Positions 1 through 11,524 of a stretch of 64,000 nt of DNA are shown one piece after another. This stretch comes from Gnetum montanum. Taxonomy: Eukaryota > Plantae > Gnetophyta. Made by a program: the position numbers and the translations under genes. The stretch's first letter is position 1, and the number at the start of each line of letters is the position of its first letter. The notes beneath the pieces are model-generated. The model did not search any database and was not told where the DNA came from. It worked only from the letters and a program-made list of their open reading frames with translations. Location: assembly GCA_015680685.1 (NCBI GenBank), contig MNCI01003167.1:69867-133866 (forward strand), read 5' to 3'.

Positions 1-419
1 GGGGTTAAATCTGGAAGTCTATTAGGCCATGTGATATGTCAAGAAGGGATTGCCATAGACAATTCCCGAATTCAAGCAGTACAGAATATTGAGCACCCCT
101 CTAGTAAGAAATCTCTTAGATCATTCTTTGGGAAGATAAACTTTGTGAAGAAGTTCATCCCCGAGTTTACTGAAATTACCAAGCCTTTAATGCATATGCT
201 TAAAAAGGACGTCCAAGTAGAGAAAACACTAGAGTCATAGAAAGCGTTATTAGAAATCAAAAAGGCTATACAAGAGGCTCCATATTTGGTAAAGCCTAGA
301 CTTAAAGAAGATTTTTTGTTATACTCTTTTGCTTCAAATGATTCTATTGCTGTCGTTCTTACACTGAAGGATAGTGAAGGTCAAGATGAACCAATTGGAT
401 TCTTTGGGTATCAGTTGAA
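1..419 (+). pseudogene. Gypsy reverse transcriptase thumb / RNase H start, with internal stop
   Basis: LLGHVICQEGIAID...SFFGKINFVKKFIPEF motif; stop at 238-240, then LLYSFAS..IAVVL. Confidence 0.9.
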
Positions 420-583
420 NCACAAACAAGATTATAAGCTCAACTTCTGAATTTGTACAANNNNNNNNNNNNNNNNNNNNNNNNNNNNNNNNNNNNNNNN
501 NNNNNNNNNNNNNNNNNNNNNNNNNNNNNNNNNNNNNNNNNNNNNNNNNNNNNNNNNNNNNNNNNNNNNNNNNNNNNNNNNNN

Positions 584-982
584 CCCGCTAGAATCACAAA
601 CAAGATTATAAGCTCAGCTTCTGAATTTGTACAAAGATATAGTGAAAAGACTGATAAAGATAGATGTTTCATGAATTTGCTTATTAAAAGAGAAGCTGAA
701 GTAGATAAAGCAAGGGATAATTTGTTACGAAATACCTCTCAAGTCAAAAGATGGTTTGATAGGAAATCTTTGAAAAGGAATTTCAAGATAGGAGACCTTG
801 TCTTATTATGGAATATGAAGAAATCAAATAAGTTTACACCAACATGGACTGGTCCCTTTCAAATTACGAAGCAATTTTCAAAGGGTACTTACAAATTATC
901 AACCTTGGATGGCATAGAATTGCAATTTCCTTATAATGTTTTGCATATAAAACATTATTTGGGACAATTGCATACATCTTGA
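584..982 (+). pseudogene. Gypsy integrase C-terminal (GPY/F) domain
   Basis: RNFKIGDLVLLWN...KFTPTWTGPFQI...GTYKLSTLDG...NVLHIKHY. Confidence 0.9.
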
Positions 983-1292
983 AGATGTCATTACACAAAA
1001 ATAACATATGTACATAGTATTATGTAAATATTACTAGTAATTATGCTTTATTTATATTTGAAACATTATCTTTCCTTCAAATGGGGCAAGTGGAAGCCTA
1101 CAAGTGGAACAAGTGGAATTTTACAAGTTTGACAAGTGGAGAGGGTGACTAATCCACCACTTGGTGAGGATTATGACAAATGGTTTGAATGCCTAAAAAG
1201 AAGGAAGCTTGGTTGAGGACACTTGTATGGAAGTTAAAAATTTAGGCACCTATAAAAGGAGGGTTAGATTGTTTAAGATTTCATCATCTTTC

Positions 1293-1840
1293 ATGTCAAG
1301 TTTGGTAGTGAAGATTAGAGAGAGCTAATGGAGTTTAAGAGAGCCATGAGGAAGCCTTTTATTCCATATGTGATGGGATGTTGCCCTGAGCATGTTTTGA
1401 AGGTCTATCTAAAGGCTAAATCTTGTGGAGCTCCAAAGGAATGCCCTTTTATGGCTTGGCTATCTGATGAATTTTCCTTTCTCACTTGGGGTTTGGATAT
1501 TAAGTACAATGTTTGGGGGTAATATAAAGATTGCTCCAAAGATGAGGAAAAAGAAGAAGAGCCACCAACTCATGAAAAGTCATCATGGGGATGGGGAGAA
1601 GCTTTGGCCTCTCAAGAAGAAAATGAAGGAAGCAATGGAGAAGAACAAAAGAGCTCTTCCAAACAAGAAAATGAGGAAAAGGTTGAAGAGAAAGCTTCAC
1701 TAGATCAAGGCGAGAGCTCTACCAAACAAGAAGATAACAAGACCACCTACATCACATCAGAAATCTCTTATGAAAAGGTGAAGGAGATGAGGATTCCCAC
1801 TAGGGTAACCCTCACAATTCAGTTTCCATCCCAAGAATAG
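1293..1840 (+). pseudogene. Frameshifted extra ORF downstream of pol with an acidic low-complexity tail, unknown function
   Basis: cctataaaagg at ~1249, ATG at 1293, overlapping ORF pieces 1328-1522 and 1604-1840 (E/K/S-rich). Confidence 0.45.
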
Positions 1841-3525
1841 TCCATTGGAGGACTTGATAATGTATAGTTGTTATGTACAATTTGATTTTCTCTTAGGAAT
1901 GAGGTTTTTGTCCCATTAAGCCTTATCTTAAATGGGAATTTTCCTCAAGAAAAAGATTTCTTTTGAATGTAAAAACTCAAAGAAAATTTCAATATGTTTC
2001 AGCTTGAAATGTAGTTACACAAGTTTATTTAAGTTTTTGGGGGCAGAGCTGTTGGCACATTTTCAGCCACTACATGGAGTAGGAGTTTCAGTTTGCTTAA
2101 GAAGAATAAAAATGAAATAGGTGTTTAAGATTCGGATGAGTTTTATGATGATAAACACATATTTGATTTTTACCTTACATTGGGCAAAGAATGTGATATT
2201 TTAGCACATTACTAACTTAGATTGGCTCAGTAATGGTGGCAGACAGGGAATATACAGGGCCTGACCACAAATATATCAAGGATAAATAATATTCAAAAAT
2301 GATGTGGTTCTTTTCGTAAACCAAGAGTTTTCAAGAACGATGAAAGTTTTTTGAATTATGAAAGCCAAAGAATAGAGGAAATGAACTCTGTGTTGAGAAG
2401 AAACAGTTACTGAATACTGTCAGAAATAGGATTAAACACCAAGAGAAAAAACGTAGTATCAATGGCAATAAAAATGCAGTGATACTTGCTGCTAAAATGT
2501 TGCCAAGAAAATGCCAGAAATCCCTTCATATTCCACTTAAAATTTTGTCAAACACTTGCCATGAAGGATTTCTTTATTCTGTTTCTGCAATGAACTTAAT
2601 CACCTGGCCAAAGAGTATAGCGGATGAATGAAACAGGGTTAGAATGCAGCCGGTTGATACGCCCACGCCTATGCCTGCAATCTGGGATGGTTACCAACAA
2701 AAAACTACCAAATAAAATACGGATGTGCCGAACTTGGACGTTGCCCACGAATACGGGCAAGACACCATTGCAGGGGGTTCTCAAATTCAAGTTATTGCAC
2801 CGTTGATATGATTAACTGATGCCGAGCTTCGCGAAAACGCTGCTCAAACTGCAATCGTGTTTTGGGGTTCAATAGATGACACAACCATGGTAGACGCGGG
2901 AGACGCAGGGATGGCGACAGCAAAGCAGTGGCAGGGTTTCGGCGACGTCAGCCACAAATCGATAGCGGCAATCATGACCTTGGGCGAATCCAACGCAGAG
3001 TGGTGGCAGGGAAAATAACGGACGGAGCAGTCCGGAGGAGGAAGCAATGCAAATCGCGGAAGGAAGAAGCGCGCACAGAGGAAGCAAAGTAACGCGGTTA
3101 ACCACGTTGGAAAACATTAACACTTGAAAAATATTTACCCTCCCCCAAAGATAGCGTATTTACTGTTTCATAAAGTTAATTTTACAAATAATTATATTTC
3201 TAACAAATGAAACATAGCCGCAAAAATAATTATTGAAATGCTGGATACTTACCTAGGTATTTAAATTATATGCAAAGGCCAAATTCTTGTATCATGTATG
3301 ATGTAAACACTTGTGAGTTGCACATTTTCTCTTCATAACTATGTAACTTTCTCCTAGCTTGTCGGGAAAGTAATCTTCTAATTGGTTAGTCAGGTTACTT
3401 GAGAGGAAAGTTAGGAGAGATGTTATTGAAGATATTTTTGGATATTTGAAAATTGCAACTTCCTTATACATCATTCAGAAGACTTGACATCTCATTTGGA
3501 AGAAGTAAAATCAAAGGGATAAATA

Positions 3526-4768
3526 TGTATGGAGTACTATAGCTTGTATCCCTATGTATTTTGTTTAGATTGTACTTTAATGACCAAGGCCACTTGTCAA
3601 CTTCCTCATCTGTTTTTGTGGCTAAAAACCACCCAAAATTGTTGTAACTTACCTAACTTGTTGGGCAAGTAATCACCTAACTTGTTGGGCAAGTAACCAC
3701 CTAACTTGTTGGGTAAGTAATTTTCTAATTGGTTAGAATAAAGATTTCAGCCTGAAGTTAGGTGATATATTTTTAAATTTTTAACTTCCCTACCTACCTT
3801 TGAACCCTATAAAAGGAAGAAGGGGAGGGGGAAGCATAAAAAAGGGAACAACAAGGAACTTCACACATAACACTTGGAAGATTTGTAAAGAAGATTTCTT
3901 GGAAGATGGCTTGCTAGAATAAAGATTTCAGCCTCTTTGTCATGGTCCTGTGAGTTATGCATTTCATTTTTTGTTTTTTTTTAAATTTCTTAGCTAGTGG
4001 TTTATATAGTATCATCCTTGGCAACTAATTTTGGGATTTTTAGATTGCTCTTATTGTTCTTGTTGCCCGATAGAAATTTCTATTAAAATTTTNNNNNNNN
4101 NNNNNNNNNNNNNNNNNNNNNNNNNNNNNNNNNNNNNNNNNNNNNNNNNNNNNNNNNNNNNNNNNNNNNNNNNNNNNNNNNNNNNNNNNNNNNNNNNNNN
4201 NNNNNNNNNNNNNNNNNNNNNNNNNNNNNNNNNNNNNNNNNNNNNNNNNNNNNNNNNNNNNNNNNNNNNNNNNNNNNNNNNNNNNNNNNNNNNNNNNNNN
4301 NNNNNNNNNNNNNNNNNCGCACAAATCTGCTTTCTTTTCTTTTCTATCTATTTCCATTGAATCTTGCTCTATTTCTAGTTTTCTTGTGGAACTACCTCTT
4401 TCTCTGGGGAAAATTAGGAGTAGATTTGCGGAGTTGTGCTCAAATGTTTTTACAAAATTTTACTTGTTACAAGCAGGTATTATAAGGACCGCGTAGACTA
4501 GGTAGTTGAACAAAATAGGAAACTTTCAATAACTCACAGTATTTGGAAAAGTTGGCTGAATCTCTTTAAAGTAAGTCATTTGTAGTTCACACACAACGAA
4601 ATTGTCACATTTCTCACAACCACACGCCGCAACAGCACACACACATACTCACATTAACTACTGAGTTATTTGGAGGTATCTGGGCCTTGGTGTTGCGAGA
4701 GACCAGCAGGCACCTAAATCCTGTTCGAGGACACTCGTTGGTGGTCGCGTCCCAAACGGTTGCCAACA
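3526..4768 (+). repeat. 3' LTR (~1.24 kb, contains an N gap)
   Basis: Starts TGT directly after the purine tract and ends CCAACA; TATA (ctataaaagg) at ~3807; its 3' end is homologous to the reverse complement of 56285-56400 and 15377-15490. Confidence 0.8.
3651..3722 (+). repeat. 3 x 24-bp tandem repeat in U3
   Basis: acctaacttgttgggcaagtaa(t/c)c units start at 3651, 3675 and 3699. Confidence 0.9.
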
Positions 4769-5624
4769 CTTATCAGTAACACTAAATAAGATTTCATCTA
4801 TAACATTCTAAAAAGAGTTTATCTATCATGGTAAATAATATTTTATCCATAACACCAACATATTTTCTCTAAGAAATCTATGGCTTCTATCTATGTATGG
4901 AAATAATAATCTATGAAAAGTCAAAATATTTTGCAACACAATATTTAGTACCAAACTTAAAATAATTATCTTTTTCATCATGCAACCATAGTAATCTAAT
5001 CAAAATTTTTATAGAATACATATAATTTGGTTAAATGGTAATTTGGATGATTTTTAATACCATAGATGAACTAAAATTGAACTCTGTTTTTGCAAGATTC
5101 TCTCAGCCAAATTATAGGTATATATCGCAAATATATAACTAGCCTAGTATTTCATCCACAATGCCCTAGGGAAGCTTATCGGTAACACTAAATAATATTT
5201 CATCCATAATACTAGCAAACTTCCTCCAAGTAATAAATGGATTCTATGTTCATGTCTTCTTATTGTAATGCACAAGGAATAAAATTTGAAAGGACACAGG
5301 AATATGTATGGAAACAACAATCTATGAAAATTCAAAATATTTAACAATATAAGATTTAATAAAAAACATGGAATTAGTTATCTTTCTCATCATGCAATCA
5401 TAGAAATTTGACAAAATTATTATAGAATACATAGAATTTTCTAAAATAGTAACTTTGACAATTTTTAATATAATATATGAACTAAACTTTGACAATTGTC
5501 ATTAGGTCCCAGACTCCATATGCTATGTCCAACCTCACCTACCATCTCATCCCTTAACTCTATTTTTGTAAGATTCTCTTGGCTAAATTATAGGTGTATA
5601 TATTAAATATATAAATAAACTAGT
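4769..5624. mobile_element. Two tandem right arms of the foldback/long-TIR element family
   Basis: 4769-5148 and 5149-5624 each align colinearly with ~7540-7981 and end in ...ctagt. Confidence 0.75.
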
Positions 5625-6004
5625 TTAAAAAAAATCATATGATAGTGTTTCTTAATGTAATCAGATGTTTATTTATAATTTTATCCTTTGTCTAACAATA
5701 ATACTCTTGATTTGAAGACTCTAAGGTATGGGCTTAAGTGATTAAATTTGAAGAATAAATACATATGAGGGTTAGGATTTGACTTAGGATTTGTTTTTCA
5801 AAATTAATCATTACATGATATGATTTTTTTTATATATAGAATAGATGCATAGGAATTAATGCATACCACTTGTAAGTTACAATACTTCTTAATTTCTAGA
5901 AAAGTTCCATTTTGAATGTATTTGTCTAGAGGGTATAATCATCTAATTTTTGTCCAATAACTACATCCCTTTCCTCCTCTTGAATTTATGCTTTATCTAG
6001 AAAT

Positions 6005-6024
6005 TATATATATATATATATATA
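6005..6024. repeat. (TA)10 microsatellite
   Basis: Read directly from the sequence. Confidence 0.95.
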
Positions 6025-6945
6025 ATTCTTGTATATTTTCAATTATTTGGCCAAAAGACCAATTTGTCATGGAAAATAAATCATTATGATTATAACATTA
6101 GATTAAGAGATGAACTTCTCTATGAAATTATTATGGGTATGTAAAATTAATAATGTAGGAACTATCATTTTGAGTGATAATAAGATGCTTCTTTCTTAAG
6201 TCACAAGACTAGAGTTTGAAGCTTGGGCATAGCTACTTGAAAAAGTTTAGAATTTTTCTCATCCATCAACCCTTCCAACTTCCTATTATGGCAAGATGAG
6301 CATAAAGTCTCTAGGTGATTGATGAGCAGTGAGTGTCCCCCTACACCTAACCATATAGATCATAAGCATTTATGTGTAACATGGTCAAATTCCTTGGATG
6401 GTACTAGTGTGGTATCTAAATCATTAAGTGTTGATCACAAGTCACTATCTTCTCACTTGAACTAGCCCTAGATCTATCATGTATGGTTTAGTCCAACATG
6501 AGACATATGATTATTGATGTTACACAACTATGGCTAAGTTAAATAAAATCATGGAAATTAATTATTTAATTAATCTAACTAATAACAAGAAGATAAATAC
6601 AAACCTAGCATAAGGATGATGAGTATCTATTCCCAGTTAATTGTACATATTCTAAACTCATGTATTCACTGTTGGAATTACTAAATGTTATGTTACTAGG
6701 TGAACCAAGCAATAATGCTACTAGGATGACAACGTGATAAGTGGTTGGATATTCCAACATCCAACCACATATGTCACAAATGTTCTTGAACTACAATTGT
6801 AATATGGAAACAAAAAATATAAGTATACCAATAAGTTGATATTACGTTCATGATCATTGTCTTCCCACTTAGAGTTACTGAGGTGAAAATCATATAGTTT
6901 AACTTTTAGTGAGGTGTATGATAAACTAATATTTATTGGATCTTA

Positions 6946-7981
6946 ACTAGCTTAGTTATATATTTAATATATATACCTATAATTTGGCTGATAGAATCTT
7001 GTAAAAATGAAATTTAAGTTTATATATATACCTATATACATACTTCTATGCCCTTCCAAATTTTATTCCTTATGCATTGCAATAAGAAGACAAACATAGA
7101 TGTCATAGATTACTTGAAGAAAATATGCTAGTAGTATGGGTAATCTAGTATTTACCATTATAGATAGGATCTCCTTAGAATGTTATGAATAAAATATTAT
7201 TTAGCATTACTCATAAGTTTTCCCTAGAGCATTACAAATGAAATATTATTTAGTGTTACCCATAAGCTCTTCCTAGACAGTTATGGATGAAACACTATTT
7301 AGTGTTAATGATCTATAATTGGTAGTTGATCTCTTAACCAAACTAAGCTCTCCTTGAAGTGTTATGGATAAAATATTATTTAACATTACTAATCTATGAC
7401 TAATATTTTATCGATTATAAATTCTAATTTGGTCTAAGAGTTCAACTAATAGTCCTATATTAGTAATGCTAAATAATATTTTGTCCATAATGCTTCAAGA
7501 AGAGCTTACCTCTTATGCTAAATAATATTTTGTCCATAACACTAAACGAAGAGCTTAGAAGTAACATTAAATAATATTTCATTTATAACATTCCAAGAAC
7601 AAGTTATTTGTAATGTTAAATATTTTTTCATTCATTATACTAGCATATTTGCTCCAAGTAATCTATAACTTCTTTACGTCTCATTGTAATGCAAAAGGAA
7701 TAAAATTTGGAATGACATGGAAGTATGTAAAAAAAGAAAAATCTATGAAAATTTAAAATATTTTTCAACATAAGATTTAGTACAAAACTTAGAATTAGTT
7801 ATCCTTCTCATCATGTAATCATAATGATCAAACCAAAATTATTATAAAATACATTTGATAAACTAGATATTTGTATAATTTTAAATATAATAAATGAACT
7901 AAACTTTAATTTATTTATTTTTTTGCAAGAGTCTCTCAGCCATATTATAGGTATATATATTTAATATATAGCTAAGCTAGT
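6946..7981. mobile_element. Non-coding foldback (long inverted repeat) element, ~1.04 kb
   Basis: 6946-7402 is the reverse complement of 7450-7981, apart from a ~165-bp deletion in the left arm; termini actag...ctagt; flanks tctta/tctaa; ~47-bp subrepeats within the arms. Confidence 0.85.
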
Positions 7982-8799
7982 TCTAAGTATTATAGAAATG
8001 TAAATATATTCTATCTCATGGAAATAAGCATTTGTTCCAAGTTTTTTGTACACATCCTAAGTTAATGAAACTATTACTAGGATTACCAAGAAACTTTACG
8101 ATTAAGAAAATCAAGAAAAATCAATACTAGACTACAAAATAATTACACTTTATGCTCAAAACCAATGATACTTATTCCACCTTACTAGTAAGAATTAGAA
8201 TAGTAAATGACTTAGTAAAAGTGAACATTTTGAAAAAGTAAATCTATGCTAATTGATATGCTACAATGATGATGAACAATCTCGATCTTTATTTTCATTC
8301 ATAAATTATGTTCAAGAAAAATTCACTTGAACAAATATTTCATACAATTATAATTCACCACATTATGAGCATTCACTCTAACTCTAACTCTTTGAACATA
8401 AACTACAAGAATTTCATTAAGCATTGGGAAAAACGTGTTTATGATGCAATGGTGGATTGGCATTTATAGGCATGATCATGATCCACTACATCATATCTAT
8501 AATGACATATGTAAAGCTATGATATCATAACTATAATATCATATTTGTTAATATATAATGTTTCATTACAAACAAAAAGAGGATAGAATTCCTTACAAAA
8601 TTATGGTTTTAATAGGCTTCAACATTATGATACATATATACATGACTAACTCTACTATGAAGGTTGCATCATGGTTTAAGTGGTGTTATAGAATTATCAT
8701 GCAATTCATGATTGACACATATGACAAACTCAAAATAAAACAAAACATAACAAAAGTAAGCTCAATGTAGTTGTATTTAAGTTCTAGGTTTTGGTGGTT

Positions 8800-11524
8800 T
8801 CTCCATCAGATTCTTTTCCTTATCATCTAGCTTGTAAATTTGGTATCTACTTATCAACACTTTGAACTTCTCTTCCTCTGATCTAGGGTCATGTACCATC
8901 CATGCAAATTCAAAAAATTTAGTTATAGTTGGTACTTTTCAATGACATGGTAGTTGTGGAAACATCTTATTAGAATTGATGTAGCATGCTACAAATTATA
9001 TTCTTTCTTTCTTAAAAGATTTGGACACTTTTTCTTAAGTCTTGATAATATGTCATTCTTTTGGCCAAATTTGTCACTACATCTTTTTGGTCCTAGTAGC
9101 TAGTTTTAACGACTTGTAGTTTGGAGTTTTCTATGTGATATGTTTATTATGCATCTTTTCTATCTACAAACTTCTTTTCATACATTGAGTATACTATAGC
9201 TAGTTGCTACTCTAGTTTTGTTTTTGATCTAACTACTATCAACATGACCAAGTTAGAATATATGAGATTTTCTATCCTCATGTATTCTATTAAGTCCTCA
9301 TTCTGTAGGTCTTTATTCTTTATCATGACTTGATAAATGTGGGCAAGGTTGTCCAAGATGAATTTCCAATCAAGTGTCTATTCTCTTATGGAACTATTTT
9401 TGGCTTTGGCCATTTGGATTTCCTTCTTATTGATTTGCTTATACATACCTAATTAATCTTTGAAGTGGCTTTTCAACATTTCATGCTTCTTGGCCTTGTT
9501 TTCCCATGCACTAATTTCTATTATATTATGGGTACTTCTTCCATTGATAATATTTTATTTTCTTGGGCTAATTATCTTATGTTGATGTTAACTCTGGTGA
9601 ATTGCTCTCTCAATTGATTAATTCTTTCTTCTAGTATATGTTTTTGCTTCTCAATATTCATCAACTTCATATTTTCTATAGTAAAATTCTTATTCTCTTC
9701 TTCTAATGAAACAATGATCTTGGCATGTCTGTACATTTGGGCATTTGCTAGTGAAGAATTTTACATTGCCTTCTCTTTTCTATCTCCATTTTTTTTTTGT
9801 TCATCATTTGGCCAATCTATTCATCTCTAAATTATGCAAGCTTGTCAAGTGTAATGTGTCATGTAGGATCTTTTCTTTTATCTCTCAGTGTAGCTAATTC
9901 TTCCTATAACCTCTACTCTTCACTCTCAATGTATTGCATCTTGGTTTCAACAATGATTAATTTTCCTTTTGTTGAGATCAAATCAAACTAGACTAGGGAT
10001 ATCAAAAATATTTTGCATTCATTTTCCTTCTATAGTAATCTCTCTAATACATCTTCGCTCTCTATAAGGATCATTGATATCTCTGTTAAGGTTTCCATAT
10101 CTTTGGTTCCAATAATATCAATTAGTGGCATAATAGGAACATTAAAGAATTCCTTAATATGATCCATTATAATTTTCGTTACTCCTACTACACCTTGATG
10201 TTGCATCATCATAACTATGGCTCCTTCTCCTATTTCTAATATTACTTATAAGGATGCAATGTTTCTTGAGATTTGCTATGCCCAATTGTCATCATCTCTT
10301 TCCTACAAAGAGACTTGAATAATTGCAATTCTTGTGGATATGGTATGTCTATTGGTATTATTCCTAAATCTGTACATGCTTGAGCCCTTCCTGCTACCAT
10401 AATTTATTATTTCATCTATCTACTATAGCTGGCTCATTGAGGATCTATACTCTTTTTTCATTGGTGGAGCACTTTGTCCTAGTTATTATATAGCTAAAAA
10501 TTAATCCACTAGGTCCTACTTCTTCTATTCCTATAGCTAAAATTTTTTCCACTAGTGTGTATCTTGTTGCAACTTTAATTTCTATTGGTTTTTCAAATTG
10601 ATCTTTCTTGGGTGGCACTAGCTTAAAGATTTCAGCATATGATGCATTTTGAGCCTTGTGAAAGACTTCATTAGTGTAGACCAAAATTCTAACTTATTAA
10701 CATAATTTTCTGATAAGACAAGAGAATGGTAGAGTGGGTTTCCTTATCTTCTTCTCCTCAAATATTTTCTATATTTCTAAAAATATTAAATGAGTGATGC
10801 TAGCTTGGAATTTCCCCATCAAAATAACACTTTCTCTACTAATATATATAGAGATCTGATTAAGTCTCTTTTTTAAGAATATGTGATATGTCCCATTCTT
10901 GAAATAAATCTTCTCAATAGTAGATAATCCACTATACTCCTTTTTAATGTTTCCATAAGCCCTTTGCAGTCATCGATTCCTTACATCTATGTTAGATCTT
11001 GTTGATATTTGAGCAATGTTAGCCCTAACATTTGGAATATTAAATACATTTACAATTGCTTTTACAAAGTATGGCACTATGATTTCCTTAAATTTCATCA
11101 TGGCATCATCTTATTTATTTTTTCAAAATTGTTAAACTTCTCCCAAGTGTCATTTTCCACTCCTTGAGATGGTGGGACATAAGGAAGAGGCTTGAAGTTG
11201 CAAAAAAATATCCATAGGTGTAAACTCCATGAAGGATCCAAAATTTAGTTCCACTATGACAATGGACATATTGGACTTCTTCTAAATTGCTAATAGACAC
11301 TTATTGAAGAGCATAAGGTGTTCTTCTTATTTTGGATCTAGCATTACATTAGCTTCTACCTTTGTAGATTACCATCTCAAAACTGTAAGTTGATGGATGA
11401 TATATGAGTATGCTTCTTACTCCATAGGAGGAGTTTGTTCTATGCCTTATCCTATGCCTCTTCCTCTAAGTCTTTTCCTCCTTGGTTGTGATGGTTCTCT
11501 AGCTTCAGGTCTCTTTAGTGGCAT
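8800..11524 (-). pseudogene. Athila env-like / extra ORF remnant
   Basis: ATG at 11524 preceded by tgtag; basic N-terminus; KPTLPFSCLIRKLC matches LPFPWLIKKLC at ~63400; many stops; 3' end approximate. Confidence 0.6.

Larger units (their letters stand above)
1..4768 (+). mobile_element. 3' half of a Ty3/gypsy Tat-like LTR retrotransposon (same family as the 15377-57237 element)
   Basis: RT/RNase H at 1-419, integrase C-terminus at 584-982, long 3' region, purine-rich PPT at ~3498-3525, LTR at 3526-4768. RT peptide KKSLRSFFGKINFVKKFIPEFTEITKPL closely matches the ORF at 52301-52561. Confidence 0.85.

Noticed and set aside
420-631. 40-bp direct repeat across an N gap and an apparent RH-to-INT deletion
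   Set aside because: Bounded by Ns at 420 and 461-583; most likely a scaffolding artefact.
4031-4360. ORFs spanning N runs (also 334-672 and 19736-19957)
   Set aside because: Open only because of the gaps.
6160-6300. Possible tRNA-derived SINE (B-box-like gagtttgaagc)
   Set aside because: Too degenerate; no tail or TSD.
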